Assembly (NCBI RefSeq): GCF_000010065.1
Contig: NC_006576.1
Location: 1,410,001-1,442,000 of the forward strand
Direction of reading: 5' to 3'
Length of the DNA stretch: 32,000 bases
Source: Synechococcus elongatus PCC 6301
Lineage (GTDB): Bacteria > Cyanobacteriota > Cyanobacteriia > Synechococcales > Synechococcaceae
The position numbers and the translations under genes are program-made. Position 1 is the first letter of the stretch. Each line of letters starts with the position of its first letter. Positions 10,458-19,262 of the stretch are shown piece after piece. A model generated the notes under the pieces. The model was not told the origin of the DNA. It ran no database searches and was given only the letters and a program-made list of their open reading frames with translations.

Positions 10458-11890
10458 TTGCCTCTACGTCGATCGCTAAACCAACGGTCATTGTGGGGGG
10501 TGGCTTTGTCGGCCTGTTCTGCGCCCTGCACCTACGCCATCGCCATTACCCAGCGCCGATCATTTTGATTGATCCCAAGGATCGCTTCATCTTTCGGCCA
10601 CTCCTATTCGACTTCCTCAGTGGTGAACTGAGCGACGAGCAAGTCTGGCCGCGCTACGAAGAATTGCTGCAGGGCAGTGAGGTGGAGTTTATCCAGGATG
10701 CGGTCAGCGCCATCGATTTGGTCGAGCGATCGCTGACGACAGCCCAAGGTTTGACGTTTGATTACGGGCACTTGGTACTGGGTTTGGGAGCAACCCAAGG
10801 CTACTTTGGCACACCGGGGGCGGCCGACTATGCCTTTGCCTTTCGCGATCGCGATCATGTCGTGAAGCTGGAGCAGCACCTGCGGCAGCGGCTGCAAAAA
10901 GCCAGCCAAATCCACGATCGCCAGCAGCGCCGAGACCTGTTGACCATCGCAGTGGTGGGGGCAGGCCCCTCCGGGATTGAGATGGTGGCCCTCTTGGCCG
11001 ATTGGCTGCCGCTGCACTATGGCCGACTGGGCGGCGATCCCCAAGACCTACGCCTGATCTTGGTCAATCGCAGTCCAGAAATTCTCAAGGGCGACGCCAA
11101 TGCCAGCCTGCACGACCTGGTCTTGGAAGAGCTGCAGCAGCGCCAAATGCCCGTTGAATTGCTGTTGGGGGTTGCAGTCGAAGCAGTAACGCCAGAGGGA
11201 TTACAGTACCGCCGGTCGGGAACGGACGCCTTGGAACAGGTGCGGGGCACCGTGATTTGGACAGCAGGGGTCAGCAATAATCCACTTTTATCGCAGTTGG
11301 AGATTCCCGCCAGCGATCGCGATCGCCATGGCATGCCCTACGTTTTGCCGACCCTGCAACTCCTGGGCTATCCCGAGGTCTTTGCGGCGGGTGACTGCGC
11401 CGTGGTCAAGGAGCAGCCGCAACCCGGACTGGCGCAAGTGGCCTATCAACAGGGTGCTGCGATCGCCCATAACCTCTTGGCACTCAGCCATAATCAGCCC
11501 CTCAGTCCTGCCAAAGTCAGCCTGCGTGGCACCTTGATGGGACTGGGGATCGACAATGCGGTGGCCAATCTGCTGAATCGCTACCGTGTCACGGGCAAGC
11601 CCGGATCATTGCTCCGCAAGGCAACCTACTTGGAGCTGTTGCCGACTCCACTCCACAACTTCAAAGCAACCATGGACTGGCTCTCGGATGAGCTCTTTCA
11701 GGGCCACAGCGATCGACCCCAGACGCTAGAGCAACGGGAAGCTGGCATCAGCCGCGCGATCGCGATCACGATCGTTAGTTTGGTGGCAATCCTCGGCGGC
11801 TTCTTTGCCACTCGACTGCTGAACGAACCGCGATCGCCACAACCGCCGCAGTCCATTCCCACACAACCTGCGGCACCGCCCACGCCCTAA
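10454..11890 (+). CDS. type II NADH dehydrogenase (NDH-2 family flavoprotein) with C-terminal membrane anchor
   Basis: 478-aa ORF with an ATGA overlap with the upstream gene. Two dinucleotide-binding motifs, VIVGGGFVGLFCAL and AVVGAGPSGIEMVALLA. AAGDCA motif, a C-terminal hydrophobic helix ITIVSLVAILGGFFATRLL and a Pro-rich tail. Confidence 0.88.
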   Translation: MIASTSIAKPTVIVGGGFVGLFCALHLRHRHYPAPIILIDPKDRFIFRPLLFDFLSGELSDEQVWPRYEELLQGSEVEFIQDAVSAIDLVERSLTTAQGLTFDYGHLVLGLGATQGYFGTPGAADYAFAFRDRDHVVKLEQHLRQRLQKASQIHDRQQRRDLLTIAVVGAGPSGIEMVALLADWLPLHYGRLGGDPQDLRLILVNRSPEILKGDANASLHDLVLEELQQRQMPVELLLGVAVEAVTPEGLQYRRSGTDALEQVRGTVIWTAGVSNNPLLSQLEIPASDRDRHGMPYVLPTLQLLGYPEVFAAGDCAVVKEQPQPGLAQVAYQQGAAIAHNLLALSHNQPLSPAKVSLRGTLMGLGIDNAVANLLNRYRVTGKPGSLLRKATYLELLPTPLHNFKATMDWLSDELFQGHSDRPQTLEQREAGISRAIAITIVSLVAILGGFFATRLLNEPRSPQPPQSIPTQPAAPPTP

Positions 11891-11949
11891 CCCAGCTCAA
11901 TAATCGCGATCGCTATACTGAGGATTGACATTTCTTTACAGTCGAGCCG

Positions 11950-13311
11950 ATGCCCGATTCGACCCTCAGTACCGTCGCCAAGCCCACGTGGCAGCAGCGG
12001 TTGCTGTTTGGTCAAGAACCCAGTCCTGAACTGGCCGCCATCCTGCTGGTCTACTTCGTGCAGGGTATCCTCGGACTCTCTCGGCTGGCTGTCAGCTTTT
12101 TTCTCAAAGACGATCTCGGCCTTAGTCCCGCTCAGGTTTCTGCCCTGACGGGAATCGCAGCGCTGCCTTGGATGATCAAGCCGGCTTTTGGCTTGCTCTC
12201 CGATGGCTTTCCGTTGGGCGGCTATCGGCGGCGACCCTACCTGATTGCCGCAGGTCTGTTGGGAAGCACTGCCTGGCTCGGCTTGGGCACTGTTGTTCAT
12301 TCCCCTGCAATGGCAACGCTGGCGATCGCGCTCAGCTCGTTGTCAGTCGCGCTCAGCGATGTGATTGTCGATTCCCTCGTTGTCGAACGAGCCCGCCAAG
12401 AATCACGATCGGAATCCGGCTCGCTCCAGTCCCTGACTTGGGCCGTATCGGCACTGGGTGGCTTGGTGACAGCCTATCTCAGCGGCTTTTTGCTGCAACT
12501 GTTCGAGACGCGCACCCTATTTCTGATCACGGCGACCTTTCCTCTGATTGTCTGTCTGGTCGCAGGCTGGATTGCCGAAGTGCCCCAAACGATTCAGCCG
12601 GGACTGGCACTGATTCGCGAACAGGTGGGTCAAATTGGCCAAGCCCTGCGTCAGCGCCAAATTTGGATGCCGACGCTGTTTCTCTTTCTCTGGCAAGTTA
12701 CCCCTAGCGCTGACTCGGCGTTCTTCTTCTTCTCGACCAACGAGCTGCACTTTGAGCCAGAGTTTCTGGGGCGTGTGCGACTGGTCACTAACTTGGCCTC
12801 GTTGCTCGGCGTTTGGATTTTCCAGCGCTTCCTGCGGGGGGTACCGATTCGCCGCATCTTCGGCTGGATGATCGTGGTGACCACGCTACTGGGCTTGACC
12901 TCGCTGATTCTGGTCACTCACCTCAACCGCAGTTGGGGCATCAGCGATCAGTGGTTTAGCCTCGGCGACAGCTTGATCCTGACGGTGGCGGGTCAACTCT
13001 CCTTTATGCCAGTGCTGATTTTGGCAGCACGGCTGTGCCCGAGCGGCATTGAAGCAACACTGTTTGCCCTGCTGATGTCGGTGCTGAATCTGGCGCACTT
13101 TGGCTCCGTGGAGCTGGGAGCGCTGCTCACCCATTGGCTGGGCGTCACCGAAAGCCAATTCGATCGCCTCTGGTTGCTAGTCCTGCTGACCAACCTCAGT
13201 AGTTTGCTGCCCTTGCCCTTGCTGGGGCTCTTGCCCGCTGAGGAAGCCGAAACAGTGCCTTCAGACGCGATCGCCTCCGCTGCTCCTGAACCTTTGGTTG
13301 TAACCCAATGA
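11950..13311 (+). CDS. folate-biopterin transporter (BT1) family MFS permease
   Basis: 453-aa polytopic ORF. The N-terminal region (LLVYFVQGILGLSRLAVSFFLKDDLGLSPAQVS ... LPWMIKPAFGLLSDGFPLGGYRRRPYL) matches my memory of BT1-family transporters. Confidence 0.8.
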   Translation: MPDSTLSTVAKPTWQQRLLFGQEPSPELAAILLVYFVQGILGLSRLAVSFFLKDDLGLSPAQVSALTGIAALPWMIKPAFGLLSDGFPLGGYRRRPYLIAAGLLGSTAWLGLGTVVHSPAMATLAIALSSLSVALSDVIVDSLVVERARQESRSESGSLQSLTWAVSALGGLVTAYLSGFLLQLFETRTLFLITATFPLIVCLVAGWIAEVPQTIQPGLALIREQVGQIGQALRQRQIWMPTLFLFLWQVTPSADSAFFFFSTNELHFEPEFLGRVRLVTNLASLLGVWIFQRFLRGVPIRRIFGWMIVVTTLLGLTSLILVTHLNRSWGISDQWFSLGDSLILTVAGQLSFMPVLILAARLCPSGIEATLFALLMSVLNLAHFGSVELGALLTHWLGVTESQFDRLWLLVLLTNLSSLLPLPLLGLLPAEEAETVPSDAIASAAPEPLVVTQ

Positions 13312-14789
13312 CTGCCACTGCTTCTTCTGCCTCGACTGAGACCTTCAGCCGCGCTGATTGGCTGCGGGGTTACGAATCCCAGACCGAAGAACGGGATTAC
13401 TGGATCGACGACATCGAAGGCGAAATTCCAGCTGAGCTAGAGGGCACGGTCTTCCGCAACGGCCCCGGTCTGCTGGAAATTGGCGGCCAAAGCCTGCACC
13501 ATCCCTTTGATGGCGACGGCATGATCAGCGCGATCGCGATTCGCCAAGGTCGCGCCTATTTCCGCAATCGCTACGTTCGTACCGAAGGGTTTCTGGCAGA
13601 GCAAAAGGCGGGCAAGATTCTCTATCGCGGCGTCTTTGGCACCCAAAAACCAGGGGGTTGGCTGGCCAATATTTTTGATCTCGGCCTCAAGAACATTGCC
13701 AACACCAACATCCTCTACTGGGGCGATCGCCTGCTGGCGCTCTGGGAAGCGGCGGAACCGCACCGCCTCGATCCACAGACGCTGGAAACTTTTGGCCTCG
13801 ATCGCTTGGATGGTTTGTTGGCCGATGGTGATCCTTTCTCGGCGCATCCCCGCATCGATCCCGGCTCGGAGCGTACAGGCGGTCAACGGCGGCTGGTCAA
13901 CTTTGCTGTCAAGACCGGCCCTTCCAGCCGCATTCGGCTCTACGAATTTGATGAGTCAGGCCGCTGCGTCGAGCAACAAGAGCGGGTGATTCCGGGCTTT
14001 GCTTTCCTCCACGATTTTGCGCTGACGCCCAACTACGCCATCTTTTTCCAAAACCCGATTCGCTTTAACCCGCTGCCAGCCTTGCTGGGACAGCGGACGG
14101 CGGGGCAATGCTTGGCGAGCGATCGCAACAAATCTACCCAGATTTTGGTGATCCCCCGCGATCCGAAAGCACCGCTGCAGACCTTTGAAACCGAGTCCTG
14201 CTTTGTCTTCCACCATGCCAATGCCTTTGAAACGGCGGATGGCGCGATCGTGGTTGATTCGGTTTGCTACGACGAGTTCCCAATGCTGGAGCCCGATCGC
14301 AACTTTAAGGAAGTCGATTTCGACAGCTACCCACGCGGCGAGTTGTTCCGCTTTACGCTGCACCCTGGCCAACCTCGCGCAGAACGGAAACTACTGGAAA
14401 GTCGCACCTGCGAATTTCCGACCCAGCATCCCCGCACTGTTGGTCAGGACGCCCGCTACTACTACATCGGTGCTGCCGCTGCTCCAACTGGTAATGCGCC
14501 GCTGCAAAGCCTGCTGAAGATCGATCTGGAAACAGGCGATCGCAAGCTCTGGACCGTTGCCCCGCGAGGCTTTATTGGCGAGCCGCTGTTTGTACCGCGT
14601 CCCGGTGGAATTGCGGAAGATGATGGCTGGGTTCTCAGCCTGATCTACGATGCAGCACGCCACAGTTCAGCACTGGTGATCCTGTCCGCCCAGACCTTAG
14701 AGCCCTTAGCTCGCCTGAATCTCAAGCAACACATTCCCTACGGTTTGCACGGTTGCTTCACGCCACAGTATTTCGGCCCCGAAGACTAG
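13308..14789 (+). CDS. carotenoid/apocarotenoid cleavage dioxygenase (RPE65/CCD family)
   Basis: 493-aa ORF with an ATGA overlap with the transporter gene. The four iron-ligand His contexts typical of CCDs are present: LHHPFDGDG, FLHDFALTPNY, FHHANAFE, GLHGCF. Confidence 0.88.
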   Translation: MTATASSASTETFSRADWLRGYESQTEERDYWIDDIEGEIPAELEGTVFRNGPGLLEIGGQSLHHPFDGDGMISAIAIRQGRAYFRNRYVRTEGFLAEQKAGKILYRGVFGTQKPGGWLANIFDLGLKNIANTNILYWGDRLLALWEAAEPHRLDPQTLETFGLDRLDGLLADGDPFSAHPRIDPGSERTGGQRRLVNFAVKTGPSSRIRLYEFDESGRCVEQQERVIPGFAFLHDFALTPNYAIFFQNPIRFNPLPALLGQRTAGQCLASDRNKSTQILVIPRDPKAPLQTFETESCFVFHHANAFETADGAIVVDSVCYDEFPMLEPDRNFKEVDFDSYPRGELFRFTLHPGQPRAERKLLESRTCEFPTQHPRTVGQDARYYYIGAAAAPTGNAPLQSLLKIDLETGDRKLWTVAPRGFIGEPLFVPRPGGIAEDDGWVLSLIYDAARHSSALVILSAQTLEPLARLNLKQHIPYGLHGCFTPQYFGPED

Positions 14790-14824
14790 CTGCAGGTATC
14801 TAGGCCGCTGGAGGTGAGCGATCG

Positions 14825-15253
14825 TTACTGGCCGCCGATATTGATGGCAGTCCCGCCAAGTGTGGCACCAGCAAGGTTGATGCCCGACAGTTGTGCCCCG
14901 CTCACATCGGCGTGATACATCGTGACGCCGCTGAGGTTTGCATTCCGGAGATCGGCATCCGCGAAGACAGCATTGGTCAGGTAGGCCCGACTGAGGTTGG
15001 CTCCTGTTAAATCAGCACCGGTGAGATCAGCGCCTTCGAGATTCACGCCAGTCAAATTGGCACCGGCTAAATCGGCATTGCGCAGGTCAGCTCCAATCAA
15101 GTGAGCACCTGTCAAATCTGCATCCTGAAGATCACAGCCAGCACAGGCTCCGGTTTCCAGAAGCTGGCGAACCTGAACTGGATTCTCGGCTCGCAGGGGG
15201 GGTGCAATCAAGAGAAGGGCAAGGGCAGATCCCAAAAGGATTGAGGCTTTCAT
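14825..15253 (-). CDS. pentapeptide-repeat protein with signal peptide (probably lumenal/periplasmic)
   Basis: Start chosen at ATG 15253 (MKASILLGSALALLLIAPPLRA; GGAGA upstream) rather than the track start at 15334. The body is tandem pentapeptides: ADLTGAHLIGADLRNADLAGANLTGVNLEGADLTGADLTGANL... Confidence 0.85.
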   Translation of the reverse strand: MKASILLGSALALLLIAPPLRAENPVQVRQLLETGACAGCDLQDADLTGAHLIGADLRNADLAGANLTGVNLEGADLTGADLTGANLSRAYLTNAVFADADLRNANLSGVTMYHADVSGAQLSGINLAGATLGGTAINIGGQ

Positions 15254-15366
15254 GGTGACTCTCCGAACTGGAGCGGCGGGTGAGGAACGACGCTGAGGCC
15301 TTAGTTTTAGTGTTCCCTTGGCGATTGCTTCCAATGCGGTTGAACGCAGGTGGGAGAATACGAATC

Positions 15367-18228
15367 ATGTCTGTAGACTCTCCCCTCTTGCTTCTCGTGG
15401 ATGGCCACTCCTTGGCCTTCCGCAGTTACTACGCTTTTGCCAAAGGTCGCGATGGTGGGTTACGCACCCGCACCGGTATTCCCACCAGTGTCTGTTTTGG
15501 CTTCCTCAAAGCGCTGCTGGAGGTGATGGAGCAACAGCAACCCAAAGCGTTGGCGATCGCCTTCGATTTGGGTGGGCCAACCTTCCGCCACGAAGCAGAC
15601 GAGAACTACAAGGCCAACCGCGACGAAGCCCCCGAAGACTTCAAGATCGATACGGATAACCTCGTCGCGCTGCTGCAAACCCTCAATCTGCCAATTCTGG
15701 TGGAGCCAGGCTATGAGGCAGATGACCTACTCGGCACAGTCGCCCAACGCGGAGCCGAAGCGGGCTATCGAGTACGGATTCTCAGCGGCGATCGCGATCT
15801 CTTCCAGCTCGTTGACCCCGAGGGTGCGATTCGCGTGCTCTACCTCGGCAATACCTTTGGCCGCAGCGCTAATCGAGAAGCCGCCCGTGAGATTGATCCG
15901 GCCGCGGTGATCGATAAGCTGGGTGTACCGCCTGAGCAAGTAATTGATTTCAAAGCGCTTTGCGGTGATAGCTCTGATAACATCCCTGGCGTCAAAGGCA
16001 TTGGTCCCAAAACAGCCGTGGATCTGCTGCAGGCTTGGGGTGATCTCGATCGCATTTACGACAATCTGGAAGCGATCAAACCCGCCGTTCGCAAGAAATT
16101 AGAGAGCGATCGCGAGGCAGCCTATCACTCCCGCAAACTGGCGCAAATCGTCACGGATATTCCCCTAGCGATCGACTGGGATCACTATGCTCTGACCGGC
16201 TTTGATGAACAGGAAGTCTTGCCTTGGCTGGAAAAACTGGAACTGCAAGCCTTCCGGCGACAGGTCGATCGCCTGCAACAGCTCTTCGGGGGCCAGCCAC
16301 CAACTGTCGAAGCACTCAGTGATGAATCCCTCGACTTTTGGACCGCCGAAGAAACTGCTGCGCAGCAACCGCGCTGGCCACAACTGCAGCCTCAGATCAT
16401 CACCACGGCCGCAGCGCTGACTGACCTCGTGACTTTGCTGGAACAGCGCGATAGTCCTGAAGCGATCGTGGCTTGGGACACGGAAACAACCGACCTCGAT
16501 CCGCGCTTGGCGCAACTGGTGGGTATTGGCTGCGCTTGGGGAGAAGAGCCAGATCAGCTTGCCTACATTCCCCTCGGGCATGAGGAAGGCGAGCAATTGC
16601 CGCTCCAGACAGTCCTCACCGCGCTACGACCGATTTTGGAAAGCGATCGCCATCCCAAGGCGCTGCAAAATGCCAAGTTCGATCGCCTGATTCTGCGTCA
16701 CCAAGGCATTGAGCTGGCGGGTGTGGTCTTTGACACAATGCTGGCTAGCTACCTACTCAACCCCAGTCTTGGCCACAGCTTAGATGCTTTAGCCGATCGC
16801 TGGTTAAAGCTGCAAACGCGCAGCTACAGCGACCTCGTCCCCAAGGGCAAAACCATCGCCCAAGTCGCGATCGCGGCAGTTGCACAATACTGCGGCAGCG
16901 ATGTCCATGTGGTGCAGCGGCTGATTCCGTTGCTGAAAGCTGGGATCGCCGAATCTCCGGCGCTTCAATTCCTGCTGGAAACCGTCGAGCTGCCGCTCGA
17001 AGCCGTGCTTGCCGAGATGGAAGATCGCGGCATTCGCATTGATGAAGGATATCTAGCAGAACTGTCGGAGCATCTCAAGGGCGAGCTCGATCGCTTGGAA
17101 GGAGCAGCGCATACCCTAGCGGGCGATCGCTTTAATCTCGGGTCGCCCAAGCAGCTGAGCGAACTGCTGTTCGAGAAGCTAGGGCTGAATGTCAAAAAGT
17201 CCCGCAAGACCAAAACGGGCTACTCCACCGATGCAGCCGTGCTCGAAAAACTCCAGGGTGATCACCCGATCATCGACCTGATTCTGGAGCACTGCACCCT
17301 CGCCAAACTGAAGTCGACCTATGTGGATGCGCTGCCGAGTCTGGTTGCTGCCGATGGACGCATTCATACTGATTTCAACCAAGCGGTGACGGCGACGGGA
17401 CGGCTGTCCTCTTCTAATCCCAACCTGCAGAACATTCCGATTCGCACCGAATTCAGCCGTCAAATTCGCAAGGCTTTTCTGCCCCGTGAAGGCTGGCTAC
17501 TAGCCGCAGCAGATTACTCGCAAATTGAGCTGCGCATCCTCGCTCACCTCAGCCAAGAGCCAGTGCTGCTGGAAGCCTACCGGCAGGGCGATGATGTACA
17601 CCGACTTACGGCCAGTCTGCTCTTCGATCGCGAGGAGATCACGTCCGAGGAACGACGCATTGGCAAAATCATCAACTTTGGTGTGATTTACGGCATGGGT
17701 GCCCAGCGCTTTGCCCGCGAAACTGGCAGCAGCACCAAGGAAGCCCAAGGCTTTATCGATCGCTTCTACGATCGCTATCCTCGGGTGTTTACCTACCTGC
17801 AAAGCCTGGAACGCCAAGCGATCGCCCGCGGTTATGTGGAAACAGTCTTGGGGCGGCGGCGTTACTTTGACTTTGAGGACACTGGCCTCCAGAAGCTACG
17901 CGGGAGCGATCCCGAGAGCATCGATCTCGACAAGATTCGTCCCAGCCGCTTCGAGGCGCAATTGCTGCGAGCCGCCGCCAATGCGCCCATTCAGGGGTCA
18001 AGTGCCGACATCATCAAAGTGGCGATGGTGCAGTTGCAGGCGCTGTTGCAGTCCTATCAAGCGCGGATGCTGTTGCAAGTCCATGACGAACTCGTCCTAG
18101 AACTGCCGCCGGAGGAATGGGACAGCCTCGCACCCCAAATCCAGCAGACGATGGAGCAGGCAGTTCAGCTGACCGTGCCGCTGGCTGTGGAACTGCATGC
18201 AGGCCACAACTGGATGGAGGCAAAGTAA
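15367..18228 (+). CDS. polA: DNA polymerase I (5'-3' exonuclease, 3'-5' exonuclease and polymerase domains)
   Basis: Start chosen at ATG 15367 (MSVDSPLLLLVDGHSLAFRSYYAF); the track start at 15280 adds an unlikely leader. Exo I motif WDTETTDLD. Polymerase motifs A (DYSQIELRILAH), B (RRIGKIINFGVIYGM) and C (QVHDELVLE). Confidence 0.95.
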   Translation: MSVDSPLLLLVDGHSLAFRSYYAFAKGRDGGLRTRTGIPTSVCFGFLKALLEVMEQQQPKALAIAFDLGGPTFRHEADENYKANRDEAPEDFKIDTDNLVALLQTLNLPILVEPGYEADDLLGTVAQRGAEAGYRVRILSGDRDLFQLVDPEGAIRVLYLGNTFGRSANREAAREIDPAAVIDKLGVPPEQVIDFKALCGDSSDNIPGVKGIGPKTAVDLLQAWGDLDRIYDNLEAIKPAVRKKLESDREAAYHSRKLAQIVTDIPLAIDWDHYALTGFDEQEVLPWLEKLELQAFRRQVDRLQQLFGGQPPTVEALSDESLDFWTAEETAAQQPRWPQLQPQIITTAAALTDLVTLLEQRDSPEAIVAWDTETTDLDPRLAQLVGIGCAWGEEPDQLAYIPLGHEEGEQLPLQTVLTALRPILESDRHPKALQNAKFDRLILRHQGIELAGVVFDTMLASYLLNPSLGHSLDALADRWLKLQTRSYSDLVPKGKTIAQVAIAAVAQYCGSDVHVVQRLIPLLKAGIAESPALQFLLETVELPLEAVLAEMEDRGIRIDEGYLAELSEHLKGELDRLEGAAHTLAGDRFNLGSPKQLSELLFEKLGLNVKKSRKTKTGYSTDAAVLEKLQGDHPIIDLILEHCTLAKLKSTYVDALPSLVAADGRIHTDFNQAVTATGRLSSSNPNLQNIPIRTEFSRQIRKAFLPREGWLLAAADYSQIELRILAHLSQEPVLLEAYRQGDDVHRLTASLLFDREEITSEERRIGKIINFGVIYGMGAQRFARETGSSTKEAQGFIDRFYDRYPRVFTYLQSLERQAIARGYVETVLGRRRYFDFEDTGLQKLRGSDPESIDLDKIRPSRFEAQLLRAAANAPIQGSSADIIKVAMVQLQALLQSYQARMLLQVHDELVLELPPEEWDSLAPQIQQTMEQAVQLTVPLAVELHAGHNWMEAK

Positions 18229-18411
18229 TCACTCGCTTCATCCACTTGCGATCGCTCTTGACTATCGCTGATGCCCATTCAACGACTTACATGCACACAG
18301 CCTGGCGATCGCCATCAAACCGGTCACTTTTAGGTATGTGAATAAGTACCGCAATTCGTTGCCCGTCGAACATTCTGCACCGGTTTCCGTGTCTAGACTG
18401 AGGGCAAACAA

Positions 18412-18636
18412 ATGACCGAGCAGGAGGTCCGTATGCTTGTTGTCTTAACCGACCGGCATGTGTTGGCCACAGATTGTGTCTGCCAAAACTGTCCGCTAGC
18501 GGATGGCAGTGGACATCCCCGTTGGCAAGCGGGGCGTTTACGCTGTGGTCATGGCCTCGCCAAACAAAATGCCCAACAAGCTGACCAATTCCGCTGCACG
18601 ATGGGCTTCCGGCTGGCGAGCATCCACTTTGATTAG
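18412..18636 (+). CDS. small Cys/His-rich hypothetical protein
   Basis: 74-aa ORF with GAGGG upstream. It contains CVCQNC ... H ... CGH ... C spacing. No family recognised. Confidence 0.45.
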   Translation: MTEQEVRMLVVLTDRHVLATDCVCQNCPLADGSGHPRWQAGRLRCGHGLAKQNAQQADQFRCTMGFRLASIHFD

Positions 18637-18696
18637 GTCGTTAGTGCCAGAAACTGCCGCTAGACTGGGCAAGACGACTCAGCCCCCAGAACTCAC

Positions 18697-19173
18697 ATGA
18701 CTTGGCGCGGTTCTGCCTCACCTGCCGATCGCTTTTTTGCCTGCCTGCCCTACCTGTTGCCGTTAGCAGAGGGCGTGAGCTTCGGCTTTGCGCTATTCAA
18801 TCAATTCCCCGTGCTGCAGTATTTAATTTTGCCATTGGTGCCTGTGCTGCAGCTCTTTCAAATTCCCTTCGCTGGGCTGATTATTTTCTTCCTGCTCTTT
18901 TTCCTCGTTGTTCGCAATGAAAATATCAGTCATTTCATTCGCTTTAATGCGATGCAAGCGATTCTGATTGATATTCTGCTGATTCTGGCAAATATCATTT
19001 TCCAAATGGTGCTGCGTCCTACCTTGGGTGGAGGCTTTATCCTCGAGACGCTGAATAACACCATCTTCTTGGCAATGTTAGTGGGTTGCCTCTATTCGAT
19101 CATCCAATCAATTTTGGGTCGCTACGCAGAAATCCCGACGATTTCAGATGCGGTTTATATGCAAGTTCGCTAG
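18697..19173 (+). CDS. Tic20-family (Ycf60-like) integral membrane protein
   Basis: 158-aa ORF with 4 predicted TM. The N-terminal ADRFFACLPYLLPLAEG and FIRFNAMQAILIDI blocks are typical of cyanobacterial Tic20 homologues. Confidence 0.8.
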   Translation: MTWRGSASPADRFFACLPYLLPLAEGVSFGFALFNQFPVLQYLILPLVPVLQLFQIPFAGLIIFFLLFFLVVRNENISHFIRFNAMQAILIDILLILANIIFQMVLRPTLGGGFILETLNNTIFLAMLVGCLYSIIQSILGRYAEIPTISDAVYMQVR

Positions 19174-19194
19174 ACCATCACAACTCATCAAGCA

Positions 19195-19228
19195 AAAGGG
19201 CCTCATGCACATCATGAAGCCCTTTTTG
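19195..19228 (+). terminator. rho-independent terminator hairpin between convergent genes
   Basis: AAAGGGCCTCATG (19195..19207) pairs with CATGAAGCCCTTT (19213..19225) with one mismatch, and is followed by a T-run. It sits between the Tic20-like stop (19173) and the aminotransferase stop (19263), so it could act in both directions. Confidence 0.7.
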
Positions 19229-19262
19229 ATAGCTGTGCGATCGCAGAAGGATTAACGATTGA

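Noticed and set aside
11891-11949. TTGACA hexamer (about 11925..11930) and TATACT (about 11914..11919) as a promoter for the BT1 transporter gene
   Set aside because: TTGACA has no -10 element at a proper distance before the ATG, and TATACT has no convincing -35. The gene may simply be read through from the upstream operon. The evidence is too weak to annotate.
12168-12707. 179-aa plus-strand ORF
   Set aside because: It is an alternative frame inside the BT1 transporter gene. It is Arg/Ser-rich with no membrane or domain signature.
15280-15366. N-terminal extensions proposed by the ORF track for polA, and likewise for ccoO-like (8152..8241), cbiD (20426..20485), guaA (21559..21765), ggt (28264..28377), the pentapeptide protein (15254..15334) and the 83-aa ORF (26724..26792)
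   Set aside because: The extensions overlap neighbouring genes or add non-homologous leaders. Internal starts give canonical family N-termini, several with a Shine-Dalgarno or ATGA coupling.
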